A stretch of DNA of 64,000 nt from Batkoa obscura (GCA_030770535.1 JASVEC010000027.1:186001-250000), one strand, 5' to 3'. Positions 1-12,622 are shown, counted from the stretch's first letter. Notes: generated from the sequence alone by a model not told the origin. Program-made: numbers and translations.

Positions 1-927
1 TTGTTTTTTTCCACTATAAAAATCAATAACATAATGAACTTCTTTACCACATCTATTGACATACCAATCATGACGATCAAAAGGAAGACTATAACTAAAT
101 AAAATAAATATTGTATATTTAATATAAATAATTAATATATATTATTAAAATATTCTTATTCTAATTGACTTACCCTAACCAACTCATAATTCTTGCTTTT
201 GGACTAATTTTATTTGGATTACCTTCAAATCGATCTAATTTTGGTGTATCACAAACACTATTAAAAATTAAAAATTAAAAGTTCAATATTATTAAATTAA
301 TTCAACATCTCTTTTTCTTCTTTCCTTCTTTTCATCATTTAATATCACCACTATTATTAATAAATAAATAATAATAAAAATACCTTACCTTTTATATTTT
401 TTTTCATATTCCATCACTAACTTCCAAGCTCTTTCATTGATGAGGTTATGAATTGGAACAATTACTTTCATATCTTCTTCATTAGTCTTCCAAGACTTTC
501 TTTTCATTGCATTATAAAACATTTGTTCACTTGGATAAACCCAATTACTTTCTCCTTCTTCAGTATCCGTTTTTGGGATACTACTGATTTCTCGTTCTTG
601 TTTTAAATTAGAAGTAGAGGAATGATTCAGAGTAGATGAATAATACATATTATTTTTTGGATTCAATTCTTTTATATCTTTGGGTGAGGATGTTTCTCTT
701 GTATTCTCTTCTTTTTTTAACATATTGACCCATTTTTTTGAACTTTCAGAAGTATGTTCTATTGGACATTTTTTTATTTCTTCTTCTTCTTTTACTTCTC
801 CTTTATTACTACTTTTCTTCTTTGATTCTTCTATTTTCATTAATTCCATCCATTCTTGTTTACTTTGATCTGTATGATCAATTGGACATTTTGTAATATT
901 TTCTGTAGTTGCTTTTTCGGTAGTCAT
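1..927 (-). CDS. Holocytochrome c/c1 synthase (cytochrome c heme lyase, HCCS/CYC3/CYT2 family); 3' end runs off the window
   Basis: Exons 927-389, 257-174 and 94-<1 joined by GT-AG introns. Two N-terminal CP heme-regulatory motifs (KCPIDH, KCPIEH), then [37 protein letters not shown] and [23 protein letters not shown]. Confidence 0.95.
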
Positions 928-1202
928 CTTTTTTATTTATTTAAAAAAATAAAAAAATCTTAATGATTTTGGATCGAATTTTTATTAATAAAATGCTTGG
1001 TTGAATTTAAGTTTATTTAATAAACATTAAAATGATTGAAAATTATTAATAATAAAAAGGTTAAAAACTTCATAAAAAATAACTAAATTATAATATTTCA
1101 AATAGATAATACAACAATTGAAAGAAATTTCATTTATTTTTTATTTAAAAAATAAGTATGGAATCATAAATCTTTTTTTCATTCATATTCATATTCATAT
1201 AT

Positions 1203-2122
1203 TTAAGCACTTTTCTCTTCTTCAGTTGAAGGTGGAACATAAGGTTCAGAGTGAGCAACCGAAATATTAAGAATTCGAGTATTAATTTCAACTTCTCCAA
1301 TCTCTCTAAGAACTCTTTGTTGTTCTTCATTAGACTTTAACTCAACAAATCCAAACCCTTTACTATGACCAGTGGCACTACGGCGTACAACATGAGCTGA
1401 AACGACATCAAAGGACTCAAATACCTGTCGAAGTCCTTCATCACTAAGTGAAAATGGAAGGTTAGCTACAAATAAGGTGGTTGGATTAGGTTCTCCAGCT
1501 GGTTTAGCTGATTTATGGGCACGACCACCACGGCCACGGCCTCTGAAACCACCTCTACCACGACGAGGTCCTTTACTGGAACCTTTACCTTTTTTATCGG
1601 TATCTTCACTCTTTTCTTCTTTAGTAGAACTGTTACTTTCTTCTTTGGCAAGAGTACCGTTACTAGTTTCTTTAGATTTATCTTCACCTTCTTTGGTTTC
1701 TTCTTCACTACCTTCTTTTTTACCCTTTGGTTTACGTGGTCCCTTGGCACGTGGTTTACGTGCCTTTGGACGACGACGTGGAGCTTTTGGACGAGCAATT
1801 TCTACTTTAATAGAATTGCCATTAAGGTCTTTACCGTTACCTTCTTTAGCAGCTTTTTCAGCTTGTTCTAAAGTTTCAAAAGAAATAAAAGCATAGTTGG
1901 ATCTCTTTTTTAAATAAAGAAGAGTTTGTACACTAAAATAAAGAATATAAATAAGCTTATTTAATAAAAGAAATAAAAGAATCCTTACATCTTTCCATAA
2001 GGTTCAAAAAGAGCATTCAATTCTTCTTCTTTTTGGTCATTTACTAAGTTACCAACAAAGATTTTATGTGGGAATTCGTCTTTAACTTCCACTTCAGGTT
2101 TAATGGGTTGTTCGGTTGTCAT
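1203..2122 (-). CDS. RNA-binding protein with two RRM domains and a central basic/RGG linker (Sbp1-like architecture)
   Basis: ATG at 2122, intron 1988-1933, TAA at 1205-1203. RRM1 has KIFVGNL...YAFISF; linker has RRGRGGFRGRGGR; RRM2 has TLFVANLPF...SKGFGFVEL. The real frame is not in the ORF track. Confidence 0.9.
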
Positions 2123-4643
2123 TTTTTTTTTGTTTAAATCGCTGGATTTGATGAAATTTGTGGGGCAATATTGTGTGGGACTTACAAGTGTGGAGCGAGT
2201 GATAGTGGCTCAATAATTATTTGTTAGTGTTTTTTGATGGATGTGTTTTAGTAGCTTCAGTTTCTTTTCCTTCTCTTTTTATACTTTTATGTTTGCTTAG
2301 AGCTTGTTTATAGCTAGAGCCAATCATAGATAGCCATTTGGAATTCAAATGCTTTTTCATGACGCTTGGTAAAGTAAATTAGCTAATGACACATCATTAG
2401 AATTTTCATGTTATTTGCTAGAAATTGGTCATTTTTAAGTAAAATGTGATTCTGACTATTTGTCAACTTTTTATAGTAACTTCTAGTTAAAATCTGAAAA
2501 TTTTTATAAAAAATTTTCACCCAGTCAAATATCTTGAACTACTTTTTATTGAGTAGGAATAAACTTAATTTAGAACTTCAAAATATTATTTATGGAGATA
2601 AAAAATTAAGATTTATAAATTCAATTAAGTTATAAATAATCTATCAAATGAGTGAGTTAATTATAAAAAATACTTTGTACATATTCTATCAAAAAAGATA
2701 CTTAGATTAAGAGATAGAAAAATCTTATTTCCTTTAATGCAAATTTCATTGAATTGCGAATTTTTTGAGTAAATTTAAAATTAATAAATAAACAAACTCT
2801 AAGTAACATTCGAAATAGCATCAAGAATTAATTATACTTACTGTTGCCTGTACAACACAATATGCTATTAACTAAATCTATAAAAACTGTACTCTTTGAC
2901 TAGTTTCAAAATCCTACTTACTAGAACCTTTTTTACCAAGAAAAACACTTAGAAATTTCAATGCCACTATTCCAATAAATTATTTGAAAAAATTTAAAGT
3001 ACTTTTTTACCCACACTTCAACCACTGTTAAGAATCTCGGTTTTTTCAAGATATTCTTTAATAAGAAATTGAGGTATTTTTTGTACAATTGACCATTAAG
3101 TGGAATAAGTCCTAATTTTAATAATATAAATTCAGATAGTGTTGATTTACAATATTGAAATAAAAGTTGAAATGTAAAAAAAAGAAAAGGGTTTTTGGTC
3201 GACTAATGTATATAAATTTATTTGAAATAAAGAATACTGTTAAGGGATCGGTAAAATTAGAATATAATAAATTAGTAACTTAGTAAAAATGAAACTTTTA
3301 TTTATTAAATTAATAACTAATTAAATCCTAATTAATTAACGTTCTGGTATCTGATAAAAATCTCGGGCTAATGTTTGAACATAAAAGCAGTTGGTTGCTA
3401 AATATGAAAGTTAAAATTTTAATCTATCGTGTGATATGTTTGTATGTTCCATTAATGGTTTTAATTATATAAACGATATAGTAGTCTAGTATAACTTTGT
3501 AGGGGTTATTGAATAACTCTAAATGTTAATTAAAATCCAGAATTTATTAAAGTTTAGTTTACTTTTAGTATTGTTTAAATCCATTATAATTGATCCTATT
3601 TAGTATGAAATATATAAACAATTTAAATTAACAATACTAATATTTATACTAATACATGTTGACAATTAATTAAAAGAGATACTGTAATAAAAAGGAACTA
3701 TATTCAAATAAATAATGTATGATCTCATTCTATAATATACAGCTATTGTAATAAATAAGCGATATGTTATTTTAGTCAAATTCAATATGAAATAATAATC
3801 AATCAGGTTATCAAGTTTAAATTTGTGAATCTAACAGAGTAACATTAATGTATAATAACATAGTGAAATATAACTTAAATGATTTAATTGCTATAAAACT
3901 TTATTATAAATCAAATTTATGCGATTATTTTAATAACTCATTTTAGGGGTAAAAAAATCTAATATGAATTCAATTTAATATTCAAAAAATAAAAATACAA
4001 TATACAAAAAGTAAGATTCTATCAAGGTAAATGGAGAAATAAAAATATACTTGAAAAATATTAATGAAGTTACCAAAAATGAGCTAAAAGGTTAAAAAAG
4101 GGGAACTAAGAACAATAGGTTGGTGCAGTTAAGTAAGAAATAAAATAGAATATTAACTAAAGATAGTAATCAAAAGCATTATTTATTAGAATTTCATTTA
4201 AGGTTTAAGGAAATTGAATTAATTTATAAGAATTAATAGTAAGTACAAAAGTTGATTGGTTACTTTCAAGGGGGTTGGACAAAGGCATTGATGCTTTTTA
4301 TTGGTTAATTCGAGGATGATAATTCCCCCCAAGATTTTAATCAAGAAGAATGATTCGTTAATTGAGCTTAAATGTTGATAAATTGGTTTAAATTTGAGTT
4401 TTGATTGGTTAATATCAATGCTTAAAGTTGCCACAGTTCAAACATCTTATCTTATTCAAGTATAAATTATCAACCTTATCAAATAAACAACTCAATAAAA
4501 TCAAAATATTGTTAAAATAGTAAAAAAGCTTCAAAACAATGGATTTAGTCTAGCTTTAAAAAAAGGTATAAATAAAATCTATTGGACTTTAAATTATTAA
4601 TTTTCTTTTTAATTCAACATCAATATATAAAAAATATATCAAT

Positions 4644-5543
4644 ATGAGATATTTTAAAAGGGTAATCGTATTTTTAGTACTAACTATTACCTTAATCTCA
4701 ATCTACGCCTCCAATTCCAATCGACTTTGTCATGTATATGAACAAGAATATCCTACCGTTGAATATGAAACTATACCAAGTTATATTCATATGACAGCTA
4801 AATCCATTGACCATGTCTATCCCAAAGTGATAAAGATGTGGACAGAAAAGAATCCAACTTATGAATATAAAATTTATAATGATGCTGAAATTGATGCCAT
4901 AGTTAAAGAATATATGCCTGCTGATATCTATGAAGCTTTCCAATCTTTACCTGTACCTGTTTTAAAAGCGGATTATTTTCGATATATTATATTATACTTA
5001 AAAGGTGGTGTTTATAGTGATACCGATACCCTTTGCTTGAGATCCATTGATAATTGGACTGATGGTATTGCTAACGTTGATATGATTGTTTCGATAGAAC
5101 AATTTGATCCTGAGGTAGGTTATTATTGTAGAGATGAAGGTTTCGCTAGAGATATTCAATTTATTCAATGGACAATGGCTAGTCGTAAAGGACATCCTAT
5201 TTTATGGTCAGTAATTAATAAGATTAAAGAAATAACACCTAAGATGTTAAATCAAACGAGCTGGAATAACTGTGATATCCTTGATTGGACTGGTCCTGGT
5301 ATTTGGTCGGATGCTATCTTAGAACACCTTAATTTAGAAGATGTTTATGAATTAGATATTGAAAAAGGTAAACTTATTGATGGTATTTATTTCTTACCAA
5401 GAGTTGGTTTTACTTCAGGTGATGAAAGCTTTTATTATGAAGGAAGAGTTCAACATTTATTTTGGGGTAGTTGGAAAAAGAGTAAAGCTAGTAAGCTTTA
5501 TTCTTCCATTGAAAGATGGTTTTATCTTTACTTTAGATGTTAA
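4644..5543 (+). CDS. Glycosyltransferase family 32 (Och1/Hoc1-like alpha-1,6-mannosyltransferase), intact, intronless
   Basis: N-terminal signal anchor, IPSYIHMT, PVLKADYFRYIILYLKGGVYSDTD (DxD), QFIQWTMASRKGHP, DWTGPGIWSD, HLFWGSWK. Confidence 0.93.
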   Translation: MRYFKRVIVFLVLTITLISIYASNSNRLCHVYEQEYPTVEYETIPSYIHMTAKSIDHVYPKVIKMWTEKNPTYEYKIYNDAEIDAIVKEYMPADIYEAFQSLPVPVLKADYFRYIILYLKGGVYSDTDTLCLRSIDNWTDGIANVDMIVSIEQFDPEVGYYCRDEGFARDIQFIQWTMASRKGHPILWSVINKIKEITPKMLNQTSWNNCDILDWTGPGIWSDAILEHLNLEDVYELDIEKGKLIDGIYFLPRVGFTSGDESFYYEGRVQHLFWGSWKKSKASKLYSSIERWFYLYFRC

Positions 5544-6773
5544 TCAAATACCAAAACTAATTCTCTTTTATCTACTCCTCTCTTTCGTTTAATTTTTGTT
5601 TAATTTGAAAGGTATTTGATAACGTATTTTACATAATTTATACATAATTATAAAATTAAGTTGAATTACTTAATTTTATCACCTAATTCTCCCTCTGCTT
5701 ATAGTTTTTAATAAAGAAGTATTAGCATTTTAATCTATTTTATTTTTATCTTATTAATACACGATGCACATACATATATACATACATATATACATACATA
5801 ATTGTTATTACCTTATTAAAACATTGATGAGTATTAAGTTTTTTTAGTACTAAATCATCCTCATACTAATCTTGTTTTCAATTAACCGCTTTTTCTTGGC
5901 TATTTTATTTATAAGTATTAATGCGTCAATAAAACTTGGCTAGATATTAATAATCAAAATAATTTATAAATAGACGATTAAAATGAAGACTTGATATAAT
6001 AATAAAGAATCTTCTATAAAATTATTAAATAATCTTCTTTAGTTATGAATTGTATATATTATAAGTGAGTATTATATTTTACATGGGTAATATTATTGAT
6101 TTGTATTTATTTATTGAATTATTAAGATTTAATACAAATATAAACAAAAAGTTTTAAATAAAATTCTATTTTACAAATATTGGTATTTATATACACCGTT
6201 TACTAAGTTGTAAAATATTAATTTAATTTAATTTAATTTTATTTTATTTTGTTAATTTATTAACGTAAATGTAAATAAATAAATATAGTAGTTTTTATAA
6301 TTACATCAAAATTATTACTAAGCTGATAAATTAAACTTTCTCCATTTCAGTTGCTAATATAGAAAGTAAATTAATTAGTTATTTTTTAACACTCATAACC
6401 GGTGATATTTAAAAAATATAGAATCAACTATCCAAACCTATGCATTATTTTAAAAACGATCAATAAATAATAATAATATATTATTATTTTAAATAAATTT
6501 TATTCTTTAATATTGTTAAATAAAAAAAGAAAAATTTAATTTGTAATATTATTTAATTAAATAGAAAATTAACTATTGATTTTTTATTAATATACTTTAC
6601 TATTTAATCAATGTATTAAAAAATAAAAGTGTAAACATATAATAAAAAGTAAATAAATCAACTTATCTTATTTTAAAAAGCATGACTTTATAAATAATAC
6701 AATCAACAAACTTTGCAATGCAAATTATTGGGGGTGTCATCTTACACAATACCATCTTTACACCATTATATCT

Positions 6774-8006
6774 TTACTTAAGTCTATACGGCCTTGGAGG
6801 AGATAATGTAAATAATTCTCTATAACAATCTAAGGCTCTTTGTAAAAACAAAATATTCCCATTAAATAAATTTTTATTTAAATGGGCTAATTTCCAACCC
6901 CATTCATTACATTGGACTTCAAACTGTAACTTTTTCCTTTTTTTAGTCCCTTGGTTTTCAGGTAAAGACCTTGGATAAACTGCATTTTGTTTCCTAAAAT
7001 CAAGTGAAATATCATTGAGGTCGACTTTATGAAGATCAATTTGAATTGTAAACTCATGTGGTGTATTTTGAAAATATAAACTAATTTGTAAAGTATTTGG
7101 TATCGGTAAACTTTTTAAGATACTTTGTGCTTGATTTAATGCAATCTTATTAATATCTACTTCCACTTCATTACCTTTACTAAGTCCAGTATTACTACCA
7201 CTTCCATTACCTTCCTTACTCTTTTGTATTGAATTAGTAACTGGTGTAGTCCTCCTTCTTAATGTACCATTTAACATTTTTTCTTGTCTAGCTACCCTTC
7301 TACTTTGTAATCCAGGTAATCGATTTCTATACGAATCTACCGCTCTTTGTAATAAACCTCTTTTACCATCTAATAAATCTAAATTTAAATGAGCTAATCT
7401 CCATCCAACTGAATTACACATTGTTTCATATTCCCATCGATTACCATTATATTCTTCCCGATTACAAAAAGCTCTTGGATATAAACAATTATTTACTTTA
7501 AATATGGTTGGAAATTGGTCCAATTGAGTTTCAAGATAATCAATATCAATTCGAATTGTATAAGATTGTTCACAACCTTTTGAAGAATATACAAAAGTCA
7601 TATATTCGATATTATTATCCATATAAACTACTGGTAAATAATGATTAATTTCTTTAATATTTTTATTATCTTCTTCTCGTTCTTCAATATCTTCTTGGGA
7701 ATAAGGTCCATTTGGCGACATACTAAACACTTGTTTTTTTTCTGAATTCTTTTTATTTCTTTTCACTCGAGTAAGTACTCGTTCCATACTATTCAATTGT
7801 TCAACTGTAAGTAGACTTAAGGTAGAATCAACTATGGGATCATTTGATAATAAAGAAGATAAACTTAAGGCATGTAAGATTGTTGGTAAATTATCTTCTC
7901 CTCGTTCCATTAAAGTTAAATAATTGAAGTTATTATTTGAATCTAAATCATTAGTTAATTGCAAATTATTTTCTATTGTTTGGTCATTTGACTGTTGAGT
8001 TTCCAT
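6774..8006 (-). CDS. Conserved fungal protein of unknown function with an internally duplicated domain (resembles DUF8032-type domain)
   Basis: 410-aa ORF. The block F..N..YPR...E..CN..GW.LAHLN..L......LQRA.D.YR occurs twice (about aa 169-229 and aa 338-397). The family name is from recall and was not searched. Confidence 0.75.
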   Translation of the reverse strand: METQQSNDQTIENNLQLTNDLDSNNNFNYLTLMERGEDNLPTILHALSLSSLLSNDPIVDSTLSLLTVEQLNSMERVLTRVKRNKKNSEKKQVFSMSPNGPYSQEDIEEREEDNKNIKEINHYLPVVYMDNNIEYMTFVYSSKGCEQSYTIRIDIDYLETQLDQFPTIFKVNNCLYPRAFCNREEYNGNRWEYETMCNSVGWRLAHLNLDLLDGKRGLLQRAVDSYRNRLPGLQSRRVARQEKMLNGTLRRRTTPVTNSIQKSKEGNGSGSNTGLSKGNEVEVDINKIALNQAQSILKSLPIPNTLQISLYFQNTPHEFTIQIDLHKVDLNDISLDFRKQNAVYPRSLPENQGTKKRKKLQFEVQCNEWGWKLAHLNKNLFNGNILFLQRALDCYRELFTLSPPRPYRLK

Positions 8007-8305
8007 AGTTTATTGTTGATAAAAATGAATTAAAAAAATTAGAAACTTGAACTTTTGATGAACTTAAAAGATAATTGGAATTTGGTTGAACTTGGATTTG
8101 AAGTTGATCAAGTACTTATTTTACTAACTAATTAAATTAATAACTTCAATTAATTAATAAAGATATTACCTTTAAAAGGATTTAAAAAAGTTATCAAATA
8201 ATCAAATAATCATAAAGTTATAATATTGCTAGTTTAAATTCAAGAATAGTGGAGATTTTATTAAATAAAAACAATATAAATAAAAATAGAACTTAATAAG
8301 TTTGA

Positions 8306-8387
8306 GGCACCTTGGCGGAGTGGTTAACGCGGAGCCCTGCTAAGGCTTTTCCCTTTGGGAGCGCAGGTTCGAATCCTGTGGGTGTCG
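8306..8387 (+). tRNA. tRNA-Ser(GCT)
   Basis: GGCACCT...GGGTGTC acceptor, TGGCGGAGTGG A-box, anticodon arm GAGCC-CT GCT AA-GGCTT, long variable arm, GGTTCGAATCC B-box; 82 nt, no intron. Confidence 0.97.
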
Positions 8388-8505
8388 TAACTTATTATTG
8401 AGTGGAATAATGTTATAGAATTTTTAAATAAAAAAATATTTTATTTATTTTTATTTTTTATTTATTAATATGAAAAAAAGAAAGAATAAAGGATTAGATA
8501 ATAGA

Positions 8506-8940
8506 TTATAAATCATCCCAAGATTTACCTTGAGCTAGAAGTACTGTATCATCAGGTGAATTAGTATTGAAATTGAATAAAGTAATTTGATTTTTATATA
8601 AACTATTTTCCAAAGCTTCTTGGATTAAATAAAAATTATTGAAATTTAAAGACTCAATCGGTGAACTTTCTTCTTGTTCTAAATTAAAAAAGGAAGATAA
8701 CTTAGAATCATTTAACAACAATTGATCCGAAAGTTTTGAAGATTCTTTAGTGACATTTGTAGAAATGGATTCTGATTTTGAAATGGGTTTAATGGTGGGA
8801 GATTGAGCTATTGGTTTAACTTCGATTTTTATTGGATTTGTATCCAGCTTTTCTTCTTTAAATCCTAAGCCTTTGAAGCTTATTCCTCCAGTACTACTGC
8901 CTTTCTTTTTAGCTAAACTTAATAAATTACTCTTTTTCAT
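8506..8940 (-). CDS. Hypothetical protein (144 aa, K/S-rich N-terminus)
   Basis: Uninterrupted ORF with coding-like composition in AT-rich surroundings; no recognisable motif. Confidence 0.6.
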   Translation of the reverse strand: MKKSNLLSLAKKKGSSTGGISFKGLGFKEEKLDTNPIKIEVKPIAQSPTIKPISKSESISTNVTKESSKLSDQLLLNDSKLSSFFNLEQEESSPIESLNFNNFYLIQEALENSLYKNQITLFNFNTNSPDDTVLLAQGKSWDDL

Positions 8941-9127
8941 TATTATAAATATAAAATATAAAATAAAATAGTTTTAATGATGATAATTTTATGCATATTT
9001 AGTTTTAATGGCGCAGTTTTATTGGTTCATTTCAAAAAAATAGAATTTAAACACTAATTGATGATAGAAAATAAAGTTTTAACTTAATAATAATAATAAT
9101 AAAAGAAGTCTAATCTTCTATAGTTTA

Positions 9128-9620
9128 TCATTTCAATACTCTACGAAATAACAGAATATGAGGTTCACGTTCTATTTAAATTTAATTCAATAAATAATCA
9201 AAAAGTAATTCTAATTATAAAATATATTATAATACTACAATATTACCATAAATTAAATAATGTTCCCAGTTTAAACTTTGTTGAATACCAAAATGTTTCC
9301 AAGTAGATGGAGTTAAATATATTTCTTTTGGTAAATATTTAGCTATATTTTTAGGTAAAGTAACATGTCTTGGGATAAATTAAATTAATTAATTTATTAA
9401 TATAAATTGAATTATAATTCTATCTACCTATATTCATAATGATCATCTAAATTTAATAAATATATTATTAAAAAGGTTGAAATAGAAATAATAACAGAAA
9501 TAAAATACCATAATAACTACTTGAATATTTGACATCTTTACGATGTTTGACAGTTATTTTTTGTAATTCAAAAAAATTCGCTTCACTTAAATCAATATCT
9601 TCATTTCGATAATCTTCCAT
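9128..9620 (-). CDS. CKS1: Cyclin-dependent kinase regulatory subunit Cks1/Suc1 (divergent)
   Basis: Exons 9620-9509, 9446-9428, 9368-9247 and 9171-9128 give ...VKYSSSYYDDHYEYRHVTLPKNIAKYLPKEIYLTPSTWKHFGIQQSLNWEHYLIYEREPHILLFRRVLK*. Hallmarks are YEYRHV.LP, GIQQS.W.HY and EPHILLFRR. Not in the ORF track. Confidence 0.93.
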
Positions 9621-10080
9621 TATTCGTTTTTCCTTTTGTTAAAAGTTAAAACTAATTTTTTTATAAAATTTCATTTTAGTTTTTGATTGGTGGTGCATTT
9701 CCTTTTATAGATTGCTTTGATTTTTTTGAATTTTTATTATTGTTAATATTATTTAATTACATAAGATAATAGTAATGATTTATTACTAGCTATGCTTTAA
9801 ATAAAAAAATCAAACCTTATCTTTTATTTTTTTAGACCATTTTTTTATAAATTTACTTTTGAAACCATTTCATTTAAATGACGTTAATTATAATATTACC
9901 TAATTCATATATTAATTTTAAAAACAATTGACTTTTATTGATAAAACAAAACCAAAGAAAGAAACAAGCCAATATAAAATAGTTAATAAATCACTTCTAT
10001 TAATCATTTAAAACTTTATGTTAATAATAATAATAATAATTTAACTCTCACTCATCAACTCTTTCATAATCCTTCCATTT

Positions 10081-10388
10081 TTACGTAAACGCTTTATGTT
10101 TTAATATTTTTAATTCCATAATAGCAGTAGCTTCATCGATTTCTTTTGTGGGTTGATTAGGACATCTATATAATAAAGATACATCAATAAATTTCAAATT
10201 CATTTTAATTTTGATTTATTTAGTTTATATAAATTATAATAAAAATAAAGAATAGATTAATAAATTTACCTTTTAAATAATCTAGCAAATGGATTACATT
10301 TAATTTGATCATTACTTTTATAACATTCATATTGTATCATTTCAAAATAGCGACAACCATCTAACTTAGTATTAATTGAATTTTCCAT
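10081..10388 (-). CDS. Small Cys-motif protein, Som1-like (mitochondrial inner membrane peptidase subunit)
   Basis: Exons 10388-10270 and 10165-10081 give MENSINTKLDGCRYFEMIQYECYKSNDQIKCNPFARLFKRCPNQP.... The C..QY.C...C.PF.RLF.RC pattern matches my recollection of Som1. Confidence 0.7.
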
Positions 10389-10764
10389 AATTTATAGGAA
10401 AGAAAAGGAATTATGAGACTTTTTGGTTTTTTTATTTTATTTTTTGGTTTTTTGTAGTTTTCTGTTGAATGATAGTTACTGAATATTTATCAAGTTCAGT
10501 TGGTAATTTATGACTGAAGATTGAAAAATAAAAATGAACTTGTTTTTTTATAATCAAATATTACTAACAATATTTTTAAATTTTAAGCTCTTTAAAAAGT
10601 TGAACAAAAGTCATTTAAAATGCTATTAAATTCGATATTCAATAGAGATAAATATATAAATAAATACTATAATTTAATAAACTAAAATGATCAATAATTT
10701 TTATTGATTGGAAATACACTATTAGTATCAGCGCCATTATACATTTTAATATTAACTCTATTTA

Positions 10765-11304
10765 TTTTTCTCTTGTAAAAATAAGTGCAATATTTTCCCT
10801 GGACACTCTACATAAGGTCCTCCATAATCCGCCCTAAATCTATTAACTGAAAGAATATAGGCGCCTTTTATTAATCTTGGTGTCATTATATTAAATTCCT
10901 CTTTATTTTAAATGTTTAAATACTCTATCACCACATCAGTCCAAACTCCAAGTCCAATCCAATTCATAATATCACAATAAGTTTATTGATCTTTTCTTAA
11001 CATTTCACTAGTTAAATCCTCAATCTTATTAATCCCTGATGATAGAATAAAATGACTTTTAGAGCTTACTATTGTCTATTGTCATGAAATTAGTAATTAA
11101 CATTAGATTGATAGTGTTTTATACTGACAATTATTTCTACATTTAGTTTATTATCTTTGCATAAATCAATACTTTGTTTACATGTTATATCGGAATTCGT
11201 ATAAATATCACCATTTAAATATAATTGAATATATCGAAAATAATCTGCTTTTAATATTTTTAATGGCAAGAAATTAAATGCTTCATAGATTTCTATTGGC
11301 ATAT
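10765..11304 (-). pseudogene. Decayed, 5'-truncated GT32 (Och1-like) copy, closest to 16167-17103
   Basis: IYEAFNFLPLKILKADYFRYIQLYLNG is nearly identical to the 16 kb copy. It carries an internal deletion/frameshift, W->stop changes, a degraded TGPG motif, and ends at a MITE at 11305. Confidence 0.88.
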
Positions 11305-11403
11305 GAGGATGTATTTTTTTTATTTAAGAATTTTACTAACAATCTTTCCGCTGAAATAGTGCTTAAAAATGGAAAAAATAATGAAGCCAAAAAAAACACC
11401 CTC
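11305..11403 (+). mobile_element. MITE family A copy 1
   Basis: GAGGATGTATTTT...AAAACACCCTC flanked by ATAT/ATAT; ~99 bp shared core. Confidence 0.88.
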
Positions 11404-11409
11404 ATATAC

Positions 11410-11954
11410 TGTGAAATATTGCTTTATCAGCTCTCGGATTAATTATAACATAATAATCACTTAAATTGTTTACAAAACTAGTTGTAGTCTTGTATTCAAT
11501 TTGACCACAATTCATGTGACGCAATCAATCCGAAGTTCCTTATTTAGATTTGATGTGAGAATTGCTACCACTTGATCACGAAGAACCTATTGTCCACGTT
11601 TTAATGTCCATACTTGGCAACGATAATAAGGAATAACTGTTATCATGTTCCTTATATATAGTCACCCAGTTGGAGTATAAAAGAGATTCTTCAACATACT
11701 AACTCGAGGCTTTTTAATTGAATTATCTCCTGATATCGTACCTTTAATAAAGCCATTAAGTCTTATAGTATTTTACATAGATTTTACATTAGTATTTTCT
11801 ATTCTATTTGTTTTACATAGTTCGTAGCTTATTGGGTACTATTCCTATTAACTTAAATCTATCTTAGTTACATAAACTAAGACCTTTTGACTTACAGCCA
11901 GTTAATTAAGCTAGAACTGCTTTTAACTCCAACCACTGAGTACCAACTTTTACA
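11410..11954 (+). mobile_element. Solo LTR-like element copy 1 (545 bp)
   Basis: TGTGAAA...TTTTACA termini with ATAC/ATAC 4-bp TSD; homologous to 18455-18914 and 19387-19845; internal TATAAAA and AATAAA. Confidence 0.85.
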
Positions 11955-12172
11955 ATACTGAAATTAACTTAAATAAAAAATTTAAATTTAATAAAAATAT
12001 AATTAAAATTAGCTGTATAAAAAGATTTTGCTTAAAAACTAGTATCAGGTTTAAACTTTTATTAGTTAAAATTTTTAATTTTTAAAAACAATAATTTTAA
12101 TATTTTAATATATATATATATATTTAAACTGTAATAACAACACTTAACTAACTTATAATTGTTTGTATTGTT

Positions 12173-12238
12173 ATTTTTTATTTTTTATTTTTTATTTTTT
12201 ATTTTTTATTTTTTATTTTTTATTTTTTATTTTTTTAT
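12173..12238. repeat. (ATTTTTT)n heptamer microsatellite
   Basis: About 9 tandem units visible directly. Confidence 0.85.
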
Positions 12239-12512
12239 AATTATAATTATTTTAAAAAAATTTATAAAACTTCCAGCCATTTTGTAAAATTATTTTTTAA
12301 AGCTATTTATTATTTATTTTATAACTTTAATGTATTTATTGATATGATTTCATTAAAAGAAGGAAAAAACTTTTATAAAAAAACTAACAAATATATAACA
12401 ATTTACTATTACTGAGTTCTTATAATAAAACTAAATAACATAAAAATAGAAAAATTTGGTCATTATTTTATTCTACCATTTTATCAACTTTTTTATTCTG
12501 TTAGCTACATAT

Positions 12513-12611
12513 GGGGATGTATCTTTTTGTTTAAGAAATTTGCTAACACGTTTTCCGCTCAAATAGCACTTAAAAAATGGAAAAAGTAATGAAACTAAAA
12601 AAAACATCCTC
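12513..12611 (+). mobile_element. MITE family A copy 2
   Basis: GGGGATGTATC...AAAACATCCTC; flanks ATAT/ATTT do not match. Confidence 0.88.
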
Positions 12612-12622
12612 ATTTATTCAAG

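Noticed and set aside
1466..1896. Three overlapping ORFs (110, 139, 118 aa)
   Set aside because: Alternative-frame or antisense shadows of the codon-biased RRM gene.
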